Shown one piece after another: positions 42,711 through 50,812 of a stretch of 64,000 nucleotides of DNA. Location of the stretch: NCBI GenBank assembly GCA_041910055.1, contig JAYRRP010000004.1:154983-218982 (forward strand), written 5' to 3'. Source of the DNA: Candidatus Saccharimonadales bacterium. GTDB lineage: Bacteria; Patescibacteriota; Saccharimonadia; Saccharimonadales; JAYRRP01. The first letter of the stretch is position 1. Each line of letters starts with the position of its first letter. Both the position numbers and the translations under genes were made by a program. The notes under the pieces are model-generated. The model saw only the letters and a program-made list of their open reading frames with translations, searched no databases and was not told where the DNA came from.

Positions 42711-43922
42711 ATGGGCAGTGAGGTGACTTTACCTGGGATTGCTGAATACAGTCGTGGTGATGCTGCAGACCCAGAGATTAGCGATACATATCGTACGTCT
42801 TTAAGTCGCCTAGTGTTACTGCAAGAACTGGGCACTACTCATTTCCTCGGTGGTCCCCTTGACCTTGATGACAGTAAGTCTGTATGGCTAAGTCCTATTG
42901 AAGTGGACGACGGCGAGGTACATTCCTACTTCCAGTTAATCTACGTAAACACAACTCCGGAAGAATCATTAAATGATTCAAAAATTCCTGTATCACTCTT
43001 AGAAATTGACGAAGCAGGTTATAAACTAACTCCTCCTGAACATCCCGGGTATATGCAGTTAATGAATCAGTTCGTGGGTAAACGTAAACACATACTTATT
43101 CGTCACTGCAATATTGGCATGGCATATTATCCTCGAAGTATTTCACCTGGCCTGGAAGCGGTTAAGCACGATAATCATCTGGAAAGAATAATTGAAGTAA
43201 CGGGTCTTCATGAACCTGAAGTAAGTATTTCACTAGGTAAACCGTCCGAAAAAGATAGAGTACCGATTAATACTAAGGTTTTAGACACAGTTCATGCTCG
43301 ACGCTATCAGTTTGCAGATAGTGAAGTGCATTCCTATGGGCTGGTCTTGGGCAATGATCCATGGGAGTATTACGAACTATTCACACCACAACCAATCGAG
43401 GATATTGATAAAAAAGATGTGCTGGTTCGTATTGATTCAGGCTGTGACATTGGGCAAATTTTTGATGATCGGGGATGTGATTGTAGAGAGCAACTTCATA
43501 CTGCTTTGTCTGAAATTCAAGAGATTGGCAACGGTGTAGTCATTCATATACCATCACAAGATGGTCGGGGTTTTGGAGCAGCAACAAAGATGGAAACAGA
43601 AGGCTTGAAAAGAGGTATTGAAGTCGCAACTAATAAGGGTGATCTAAGAACCTACGATACAATTACAGCCGCTCGAATGCTGCTTGGTGATGAATTTGAT
43701 ATTAGAACGTACAGCGGCGCAGGGAAAATCCTTGGCATGCTAGGGGTTGAATCAGTACTACTCCAAACGGATAATCGTTTGAAAGCTGAAGGTGTTGCAG
43801 CCGGTGGAATAAAGGTAACTAGGAAACAAACTAACACGACAGCAGCCAGGGGTGCAACCCATCATATTGAAGCAAAACATAACCATAGGGACATTTATTA
43901 TGGCCACGACGAGGAAGAATAA
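42711..43922 (+). CDS. GTP cyclohydrolase II (RibA)-like domain with ~190-aa unassigned N-terminal extension
   Basis: VLVRIDSGCDIGQIFDDRGCDCREQL matches the RibA zinc triad C-x10-C-x-C. SQDGRGFG corresponds to QEGRGIG, and LLQTDN to LLTNNP. The N-terminal half resembles neither RibB nor anything else I recognise. Confidence 0.65.
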   Translation: MGSEVTLPGIAEYSRGDAADPEISDTYRTSLSRLVLLQELGTTHFLGGPLDLDDSKSVWLSPIEVDDGEVHSYFQLIYVNTTPEESLNDSKIPVSLLEIDEAGYKLTPPEHPGYMQLMNQFVGKRKHILIRHCNIGMAYYPRSISPGLEAVKHDNHLERIIEVTGLHEPEVSISLGKPSEKDRVPINTKVLDTVHARRYQFADSEVHSYGLVLGNDPWEYYELFTPQPIEDIDKKDVLVRIDSGCDIGQIFDDRGCDCREQLHTALSEIQEIGNGVVIHIPSQDGRGFGAATKMETEGLKRGIEVATNKGDLRTYDTITAARMLLGDEFDIRTYSGAGKILGMLGVESVLLQTDNRLKAEGVAAGGIKVTRKQTNTTAARGATHHIEAKHNHRDIYYGHDEEE

Positions 43923-43924
43923 GT

Positions 43925-44824
43925 ATGGCTCGCCACGATAGTCCTGGAATACTGTATCCAGATAGCTCTCCTATAATTGATAAGCTACGCCAAAGATGGA
44001 TACATATAGATTCCATGGCCGGTGTTGGTATTGACCCTGATATTATGAAAATCCCTACTGAGATATGGGAAGAAGTCGGTGGTCACTCAAATGTTGCTGA
44101 TGGCATCGAGTTATTCAATCAACGAGTCATTGATGCTACTGTTGAATATGCAGCAGACTTTAAGGTCAACTCAAACTTTTTCCAAGGAGAGATGGGGCGT
44201 CGTGCACTTGCGGGTACATTTGACTACTTAAGAGACCAGTATCCTGAAGTGGTTAGAGTCTGTGATGGAAAATTCGCTGATGTTGGCCATACCGCTGATA
44301 AAATTGCTGAGGAAATATTTGGCAATCTTGATGCAGATGCAGTTTTACTGAACCCATACATGGGTTTTGATGCTATTGAACCTTTTGTAAAGTGGCAAGA
44401 TAAACTAGTAGTTCTTTGCGTAAATACCTCAAACGAGACTGCTGAGCAAGTACAGAATTTGCGTCTAGAAGACGGAAACCCCCTCTGGAGGCAAATTCTT
44501 AATTTAAGCTTGAGTGACTGGAACTATAACCAAAATATCATTCCCGTTTTGAGCGCAACACATGTTGATAATCTTGAAGGTATACGTGATCAAATTGGCG
44601 ATACGCCCATACTACTTGCGGGCGTTGGTACTCAAGGCGGCAGCTTAAAAGAAAGTGTCCCAATAAGTCTTGACTCACAAGGATACGGACTAATGATAAG
44701 TGCTTCCCGTTCGATACTATATCCTGAGCGCAAAGAAGGTGAAGACTGGACCGATGCGTCTGCCCGAGTCGTTCGTGATCTTCGTGATTCAATCAATTAT
44801 TACAAGGCACTTACTAATGAGTGA
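43925..44824 (+). CDS. orotidine-5'-phosphate decarboxylase family protein (type 2 PyrF-like)
   Basis: Motifs GIDPD, FKVNSNFF, DGKFADVGHT (DxKxxDxxxT), ADAVLLNPYMGF, NTSN and AGVGTQGG run parallel to long-form PyrF. Confidence 0.65.
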   Translation: MARHDSPGILYPDSSPIIDKLRQRWIHIDSMAGVGIDPDIMKIPTEIWEEVGGHSNVADGIELFNQRVIDATVEYAADFKVNSNFFQGEMGRRALAGTFDYLRDQYPEVVRVCDGKFADVGHTADKIAEEIFGNLDADAVLLNPYMGFDAIEPFVKWQDKLVVLCVNTSNETAEQVQNLRLEDGNPLWRQILNLSLSDWNYNQNIIPVLSATHVDNLEGIRDQIGDTPILLAGVGTQGGSLKESVPISLDSQGYGLMISASRSILYPERKEGEDWTDASARVVRDLRDSINYYKALTNE

Positions 44825-45458
44825 GTTTAGAATCAGCCAAGTTCTACGCCAGAATGAGATCGAGCGCGCTATGGAACGTAATCTGAAGCGTGATCGATTA
44901 TTTGTACTTTTACTAGGTCCATCAGCGATAGGAAAATCAACCATAATCAATGAAATGAATACCCAATCTAGGGAACAAAAGTTTGAATATGTGAAGCCAA
45001 CCATGACACGTCCTAACCGTCTAGATGAAACCGATAAGCTCAGTGTTTCTAATGCAATATTTGACGAATTAGAGATCTCGGGTGAATTCGTGGTGGTCAA
45101 TAGGCTATATGGTGTACGCTACGGCACTCCTTTGAGAGGTGTGCTTGATCCTTTACAGAGAGGAAATACTCCAATTCTTGATTACCCACTTGAGACAGTT
45201 AATGCATTGGAACGGCCCGAATATGACATACTGAGTTTCTATGTTTACCCTCGGTCCATTGAAGAATGGCAATTACGTATAGAGCATAGTGGTAGAAATG
45301 TGGCCGACAGGTTAGAGGCTGGCAAGAGGGAACTTGGTTCTCTAGCCATAAATGGATTAATACACCCTCGTATCGATGTCAGTATCATTAACCCCGAAGG
45401 TGCAGCAAACCAAGCAGCCAAAAACATTCTTGAAACTATTGATCAGGTAACCAGCTAA
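44817..45458 (+). CDS. guanylate-kinase-like P-loop nucleoside monophosphate kinase
   Basis: Features are the P-loop LLGPSAIGKST, TMTRPNR (Gmk TTRxPR) and YGVRYGTP (Gmk YGT). ATG 44817 overlaps the end of the preceding gene by 8 nt. The upstream part of track ORF 44700 is an alternative frame of that gene. Confidence 0.65.
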   Translation: MSEFRISQVLRQNEIERAMERNLKRDRLFVLLLGPSAIGKSTIINEMNTQSREQKFEYVKPTMTRPNRLDETDKLSVSNAIFDELEISGEFVVVNRLYGVRYGTPLRGVLDPLQRGNTPILDYPLETVNALERPEYDILSFYVYPRSIEEWQLRIEHSGRNVADRLEAGKRELGSLAINGLIHPRIDVSIINPEGAANQAAKNILETIDQVTS

Positions 45459-45836
45459 CTATTCTATTGACCGGGCCTGTGCCTGTTCGACACTTCTATA
45501 TGCATGGATAGATCCTGGAATAATACGATATGCTGGTCTACTCTCTGGCTCGTATACCATTGGTGTAGCAATCATGTTTTCACAAGATAGGCACGCCAGT
45601 GCACCGGCCTGCTTTATCGTGTCAGGAGCTACGTCAGTTTGTTTATCTATAAGCTCGGGTGGCCAAACTATTCTGTCGGTGTAACACCGTAATAGTCGCC
45701 CAGGCCCATCTTTTTGATATACCATAGTAGGTTCTTCACAGTTTCCACACGAAATATACAAAAACTTTGATGGGCCACCCCTCGCTTTAGAGTAGCGATC
45801 TTTCTTTAGTTTAAATTTCTCAGTAGGAAATTCCAT
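45459..45836 (-). CDS. hypothetical protein with two CxxC pairs (possible Zn ribbon), 125 aa
   Basis: It has CGNCEE and CLSCEN motifs about 60 aa apart. Its stop codon directly abuts the stop of the kinase-like gene (zero intergenic nt). Confidence 0.5.
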   Translation of the reverse strand: MEFPTEKFKLKKDRYSKARGGPSKFLYISCGNCEEPTMVYQKDGPGRLLRCYTDRIVWPPELIDKQTDVAPDTIKQAGALACLSCENMIATPMVYEPESRPAYRIIPGSIHAYRSVEQAQARSIE

Positions 45837-46132
45837 ATTAATTATTATTATACCATAAAATTATGACATATGGTAGTCAACATACAACTATACCGGCGTA
45901 GGTTTACAAACACATCAAAGAACAGGTCTAGGAAATCGACCTACCTCCGCTAGTGCTTATCTGGCTCCAGAGGGAAGGACAAATGAAATCTTCCATGTTC
46001 TGCAAGAAGCAATTATGACGGAGGATGGCTCCTCCTGTAGGAGTATTTAAAACTTTCACTCCAAGAAAACAGTTTGACCGGAATTATTTTTAGACAGATA
46101 ATTAGGCTAAATTAAGGTATAAGGAGGGTGTG

Positions 46133-46366
46133 ATGTTTGCGACTACAATTCTAGGTGTAACGTTAGGGGCAATTTGGTGGTTTATGCTTGCAGTTTTTTG
46201 GATAATAATCGCGCTGTGGCCGGCTACGATTGCTAAAGGCAAGGGGTACAGTTTTCTCTTATTTTTCCTACTGAGTCTACCGTTTTGGTGGATAATGCTG
46301 TTCGTAGCTCTATTTATGCCAAACAAATCCGGGCCAACCGCCACACCCACTCCTTCGACGTCCTAG
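46133..46366 (+). CDS. small two-TM membrane protein
   Basis: An AAGGAGG SD lies 5 nt upstream of the ATG. The hydrophobic core has a basic loop (AKGKG). Confidence 0.5.
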   Translation: MFATTILGVTLGAIWWFMLAVFWIIIALWPATIAKGKGYSFLLFFLLSLPFWWIMLFVALFMPNKSGPTATPTPSTS

Positions 46367-46435
46367 CAGGTAACTTGTTCTGATAGAAATACTGAAAGAA
46401 CCTTTGCTCAGCTCGTGTAAAAGAGAAGGCTAGAG

Positions 46436-46660
46436 CTAAGATTTGCCGTTTAAATACTTACTGGCAACGCTTAACGCGAATGAGGGCAGGATGATAAAAA
46501 CAGTTAAGAATAGAAGTCTTATGAGTGTTTCACTAAGAGCCGAGTCTTTCTTATCTGGACCTGAGGCTGTCAGAACTATAAGTATCCCTATAATGCCAAA
46601 AGCAATAGAGGCATAAATAAACACTCGTGTGGCTATTTTATGCATAGTTTTAGTATACAC
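46436..46660 (-). CDS. small two-TM membrane protein
   Basis: 74-aa hydrophobic ORF with no recognised homology. Confidence 0.4.
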   Translation of the reverse strand: MYTKTMHKIATRVFIYASIAFGIIGILIVLTASGPDKKDSALSETLIRLLFLTVFIILPSFALSVASKYLNGKS

Positions 46661-46697
46661 TCGGCGCTCGCATGGCGCCTCTACATAGAAATTAGAT

Positions 46698-47156
46698 TTA
46701 GTATTCTTCGATCACTATTTTCTTTTGCTGCATCAAAGTCTTAAAGGCATTTGGTTTTTGCATAAGTTCTTTCATATCCTTCGGCACCACTTGCCAGCTC
46801 AGGCCATATTTATCTTTACACCAGCCACATTGCTCGGATTCTGGAACGTATGAGAGTTTTTCCCAAAAGTAATCAATCTCTTGTTGATCTTTACAGGCAA
46901 TAGCGAAAGATATCGCTTCACTGAACTGAAACTCAGGCCCCGCGTTTATAGCCGTAAAATGTACTCCGTCAAGCTCAAATTCTATGGCCAGCACTTTTCC
47001 CGCTAAATCTTTCTGAAAATCAGCCAGGCCTTCTTCGGTACTTTTAGGATAGTATTCAGTGGACAATATTCTGCTGTTCGGAAAAACTGAGACGTAAAAG
47101 TCGACAGCTTCTTTGGCATTGCCATTAAACCATAAGTTCGGTGTGATTTTTTGCAT
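46698..47156 (-). CDS. VOC-superfamily protein (PhnB/YjdN-like, 3-demethylubiquinone-9 3-methyltransferase-domain family)
   Basis: MQKITPNLWFNGNAKEAVDFYVSVFPNS...CGWCKDKYGLSWQVVP is typical of this family. Confidence 0.75.
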   Translation of the reverse strand: MQKITPNLWFNGNAKEAVDFYVSVFPNSRILSTEYYPKSTEEGLADFQKDLAGKVLAIEFELDGVHFTAINAGPEFQFSEAISFAIACKDQQEIDYFWEKLSYVPESEQCGWCKDKYGLSWQVVPKDMKELMQKPNAFKTLMQQKKIVIEEY

Positions 47157-47341
47157 GGTTTCAGTATATCAAAATTAAAACACCTAGCTTGCGCTAAGTG
47201 CTTATGCTTGGCTCCGTCTAGTTGAAACATTGCGAACTAGTAGTGAGCAGTATGAGGATTATGAGTTTGATGACCTAGCTGCTACGGTTAGGCTGTATGA
47301 ACCAAGCCTAGCACTATCGTTTGGCGATGTGTAGGCAGCAA

Positions 47342-47794
47342 TTAGTCTTTAATAATTCCCGTCGCAATCAAAGTGTTACGAGTTGGCTCACTAAGACTTG
47401 CGTCTTTTAGCTCCTCAATCGAAAACCAGCGTGGCTGATACCAGTCGTCCTCAGTTTTCAGCACAACCTCATCAGCATTTTGGTCAAGGTCAATACGGTA
47501 ATTATAAAAGTCCATTTTTACAAATACTCGCTCGCCAGTATCTCGTAATGTTTTCTCGTGTTCGCCTGATGATTGGTATAGTTGCTTTACAGCAGCCTTG
47601 TTTATATCAATACCTGTTTCCTCAAGCATTTCACGGTGTAGTGCAATCTCTTTGGTTTCGCCCTCGTCAACACCGCCGCCTGGCACTACAAACGAACCCT
47701 CATATACTCCGCCTTTACGGTTCTTGCCCAGTAGTAACTTGCCGTCCTTTGAAAAAATAAAGCCGCCAACAATGTCTCGGTGTATGGTTCTCAT
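47342..47794 (-). CDS. Nudix hydrolase
   Basis: Nudix box GGGVDEGETKEIALHREMLEETGI. Confidence 0.85.
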   Translation of the reverse strand: MRTIHRDIVGGFIFSKDGKLLLGKNRKGGVYEGSFVVPGGGVDEGETKEIALHREMLEETGIDINKAAVKQLYQSSGEHEKTLRDTGERVFVKMDFYNYRIDLDQNADEVVLKTEDDWYQPRWFSIEELKDASLSEPTRNTLIATGIIKD

Positions 47795-47920
47795 AATCTA
47801 ATAATAACCTATCATTGCTTGTCAACAAGGCGGGGGTAGTCCCCTTTACCTCTCACAAAATACACTCCGCCGTATGAATGCCGAATTTTTGGGGGTAGAA
47901 TGACCAAGCGTTTTTTGGTG

Positions 47921-48148
47921 CTAAATATCCTTGAACAAATCGGCAACATTGACCTTGAGGCTATTTGCGATTTTATTCAAAGTACCGAGCCTAGCCCAGC
48001 GTTTGCCAGTTTCTATATAGGCAATAGCCACTACGCTCATACCTATGTTCTCAGCTAATTCCTGTTGCGTAACGCCCTTGCTCTTACGCACCTCTGCCAC
48101 TCGCTTACCAAAGGCTTTCATCAATTTCTGTTCTGGTGCATTTGTCAT
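47921..48148 (-). CDS. XRE-family helix-turn-helix regulator
   Basis: FGKRVAEVRKSKGVTQQELAENIGMSVVAIAYIETGKR is a classic HTH_3 sequence. Confidence 0.85.
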   Translation of the reverse strand: MTNAPEQKLMKAFGKRVAEVRKSKGVTQQELAENIGMSVVAIAYIETGKRWARLGTLNKIANSLKVNVADLFKDI

Positions 48149-48261
48149 ACACCTAGCGTAAAAATTATAAACAGATAGTTACATAAACTAACTGTTTATT
48201 TTTGTTACTCAATGTTATATATTTACAGGGACAACTTAAACAAGGAGTATAGGTAAGGAAA

Positions 48262-48825
48262 ATGGCAGAAAAGAAACGAAATTGGTTTGCTCGCCACAAG
48301 GTGCTAACCGTAATAGGGGTTATCGTTTTGCTGGCAATTATCGGCGGTGCTGCTGGCGGCGGTAACAAATCTACAACTAACTCAAGCGGTAGCAAAGACA
48401 CAAAAACCCAGGCTAAAGCTGAGACGGCTAAAGTCGGACAAGCCGCCAACGACGGTAAGTTCGAGTTTACAGTTACCAGTGTTGAGTGCGGCAAAGCCTC
48501 TGTTGGTGCTAACCAGTACCTAACCAAGACGGCTCAAGGGCAATACTGCCTACTTAACGTATCGGTCAAGAACATTGGCGACCAGGCTCAAAGTCTCGTT
48601 TCTAGCAACCAATATCTGCTTAATGCCAGTGGTCAAAAGTATTCGGCTGATGATACAGCTACACTTTACAATGCCCCGAACGGCACAAGCTGGTATAACG
48701 ATATAAACCCAGGTAACAGCGTAACTGGTGCTATCGTCTTTGATATACCAAAAGACCAGACACCTGCAACGGCTGAACTGCACGACAGTGCCTTTTCAGG
48801 CGGCGTAAAAGTCAACTTACAGTAA
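48262..48825 (+). CDS. DUF4352-type membrane-anchored extracellular protein
   Basis: It has an N-terminal TM helix and a Ser/Thr/Lys linker. The Ig-like domain carries FEFTVTSVEC...QYCLLNVSVKNIG...GAIVFDIP. Confidence 0.7.
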   Translation: MAEKKRNWFARHKVLTVIGVIVLLAIIGGAAGGGNKSTTNSSGSKDTKTQAKAETAKVGQAANDGKFEFTVTSVECGKASVGANQYLTKTAQGQYCLLNVSVKNIGDQAQSLVSSNQYLLNASGQKYSADDTATLYNAPNGTSWYNDINPGNSVTGAIVFDIPKDQTPATAELHDSAFSGGVKVNLQ

Positions 48826-48841
48826 AGTAAACTGACGCGAT

Positions 48842-48870
48842 AAAAAAGGGGCTATCACAGCCTCTTTTTT
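48842..48870. terminator. bidirectional rho-independent terminator
   Basis: AAAAAAGGGGCTatcacAGCCTCTTTTTT lies between convergent genes. Confidence 0.7.
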
Positions 48871-49195
48871 ATGCCCACTTGCGATTACGGTTTTTCGCCT
48901 CTTTATCGGCAACCGCCTGCCACATATCTACACCTGTCAAGCTGGCAAGTCCAAGCAAAACTATCTGCACATCAGCTAATTCCTCTGCAAGCTCCGTTTG
49001 CTTAGTCGTGTCTGTGAACTTTAAGCCAATAGTCTTACGAACGGCTTTAGCCAACTCGCCAACTTCCTCCATCAACATAACCAACTTTTTACTTGCGTCC
49101 TCGGTATTAAAGCCACGTTCAATGTTCATCTGCCAAACATATTCTTGTAGCTTTTTAAGTGTAATATCGTCTGCTATTGGGTTTTTATCATTCAT
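48869..49195 (-). CDS. MazG-like nucleotide pyrophosphohydrolase
   Basis: [12 protein letters not shown] and [15 protein letters not shown] are MazG EExxE/D motifs. The start at 49195 overlaps the upstream gene's stop. Confidence 0.8.
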   Translation of the reverse strand: MNDKNPIADDITLKKLQEYVWQMNIERGFNTEDASKKLVMLMEEVGELAKAVRKTIGLKFTDTTKQTELAEELADVQIVLLGLASLTGVDMWQAVADKEAKNRNRKWA

Positions 49196-49754
49196 TGTCG
49201 TCCTCAACTTTCTGTATGCTGGCAATATCGTCGGGCAGTAGTCTAACGTGTTCGTTACGATAAACAATTCCAGCCGCCCCAGTGTTTACCCACCTCAATA
49301 CAGCCTCATCGTCATCAAAGTAATCAGTTAAGTGCTTTTGTCCAGATTTGAGTGTTATTAAGTATCGCTTTGGTTTTTCAATAACATCTTTCAGCTTATC
49401 CAGTATGTCTTGCGTAAATGGTTCATCAAGGTCGCCACTGTCAACCCACTCGTAATACTCTAATTCGCACTGGTTATCGTCAAGTGGCTTGAGCGTATAT
49501 TTAACGTGATAATTGTCGTCTTTTTTGCTCATAACGAACATAATGCCAGGCTCATAAGCGGTTATTTCGTATTCGTTCCACTTACCGTCGCTGCCTTGAT
49601 TTTTATAGATTGTGCCAAGTTTTGTCGGGCTTTCGTTAGTCTGCTCTTTAACAATGCCATCAATCCACTTTGGCGTGTTTTCGGGATTGAGGCTAAAATC
49701 AAAAACCTCGTGTGCTGCTCGATTGATTTTAATGGTTAGCTTTACGTCTTTCAT
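49188..49754 (-). CDS. SRPBCC-superfamily (polyketide-cyclase/START-like) protein with ~50-aa C-terminal extension
   Basis: The N-terminal ~135 aa has the pattern [21 protein letters not shown]...YEITAYEP...VKYTLKP. Assignment by eye. Confidence 0.5.
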   Translation of the reverse strand: MKDVKLTIKINRAAHEVFDFSLNPENTPKWIDGIVKEQTNESPTKLGTIYKNQGSDGKWNEYEITAYEPGIMFVMSKKDDNYHVKYTLKPLDDNQCELEYYEWVDSGDLDEPFTQDILDKLKDVIEKPKRYLITLKSGQKHLTDYFDDDEAVLRWVNTGAAGIVYRNEHVRLLPDDIASIQKVEDDNE

Positions 49755-49759
49755 AGTGC

Positions 49760-50152
49760 TTACATACTCGCCAGGACGATTGCCTCTTTAATCTCTTTTT
49801 CAATGCTGTCGGCATATTGCTCAAGCTCATCGGCAGTGACCCAGGCAAACTCTTGGTGTTCGTCGCTCAAGACAACCTGATTAGATTTTGTTTGGCAGAA
49901 AAAGAACAGTGCTACGATATGCTTTAGCTCGCCCTCTGGCTTAGCAAACCACTCATCAACGTGTATTACTTTGCCAATTTCAAGGTCGGTAATTCCAGTT
50001 TCCTCTTTAGTCTCACGCCGTAAGCCGTCCTCTAGCTTTTCGCCTTTTTCAAGCCGACCACCAACAGCTTGCCAACGTTCGCCCTCTCGGACAATTAAGA
50101 ACTTGCCGTCTTGATTTTGGATTACTGCTTTTACAGCTACTTGCGTGTCCAT
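49760..50152 (-). CDS. Nudix hydrolase
   Basis: Nudix box [24 protein letters not shown]. Confidence 0.85.
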   Translation of the reverse strand: MDTQVAVKAVIQNQDGKFLIVREGERWQAVGGRLEKGEKLEDGLRRETKEETGITDLEIGKVIHVDEWFAKPEGELKHIVALFFFCQTKSNQVVLSDEHQEFAWVTADELEQYADSIEKEIKEAIVLASM

Positions 50153-50796
50153 TATGTTAGCTCCCCTATACTTGATATGCTTTTGGCATTTTCTGCCAAG
50201 AATTGCTCTCTGGTTACTAAACCAGTTTCAACACCAAGAAAACTAAATCCAGCACCGATAGCTGCTTTCATATCGTGCAAACCGTCGCCGATATAAACAA
50301 CCTCGTCTGGGCGTATTTGTTGCTCACTAAGCCACTCTAAGGCAGGGTCAAAAACTCTTGGGTCGGGTTTGTGAAATGGCGTATCGTCAGCGGTTTGTGT
50401 GTAATCTAGTAAGTCTCTCGGCACTTTATGTAACGTCAGGTCGTGTTCAAAGCTGAAACGGCTTGTCGCAGTGATAATACCTATGAGCTTTCCAGCAGCC
50501 TTGATATGACGCAGCGTTGGTATAGTTGCAGTAAACAGTTCCTTTGGAAAGCCTTCGTGAGTAGCAGTATTGTGTGCCATTGCTTGTTCGACATCATCTG
50601 TTCCATATAGTAAACAGACAAGCTCCCTCAATGGCTTGCCCCAATGCTCTTTTATTTCATCGTCAGTTAATTCTTTGCCGTAAAAAGTACGTGCTACGTG
50701 TTTGTGCTGTTCCCATTTAGTTCCGATTGTGCCGACCAGAGTATCATCGTGGTCGAACAAAACGACTTTTATATTTTCTGCAATATGCTCACTCAT
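50152..50796 (-). CDS. HAD-superfamily phosphatase
   Basis: Motif I is VLFDHDDTLV and motif IV is YIGDGLHDMKAA. I chose the start at 50796 (AAAGGA SD); the longer track ORF overlaps the upstream gene. Confidence 0.8.
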   Translation of the reverse strand: MSEHIAENIKVVLFDHDDTLVGTIGTKWEQHKHVARTFYGKELTDDEIKEHWGKPLRELVCLLYGTDDVEQAMAHNTATHEGFPKELFTATIPTLRHIKAAGKLIGIITATSRFSFEHDLTLHKVPRDLLDYTQTADDTPFHKPDPRVFDPALEWLSEQQIRPDEVVYIGDGLHDMKAAIGAGFSFLGVETGLVTREQFLAENAKSISSIGELT

Positions 50797-50812
50797 CAAT
50801 AATCCTTTCAGG

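Noticed and set aside
45962-46000. Possible tRNA gene or fragment (TGGCTCCAGAGGGAAGGAC...)
   Set aside because: It does not fold into a T-arm/acceptor with a canonical T-loop. I kept it only as a weak candidate att remnant, not as a tRNA.
48165-48527. 120-aa minus-strand ORF
   Set aside because: It is antisense to the well-supported DUF4352 gene and is a Pro/Leu/Ala-rich mirror frame.
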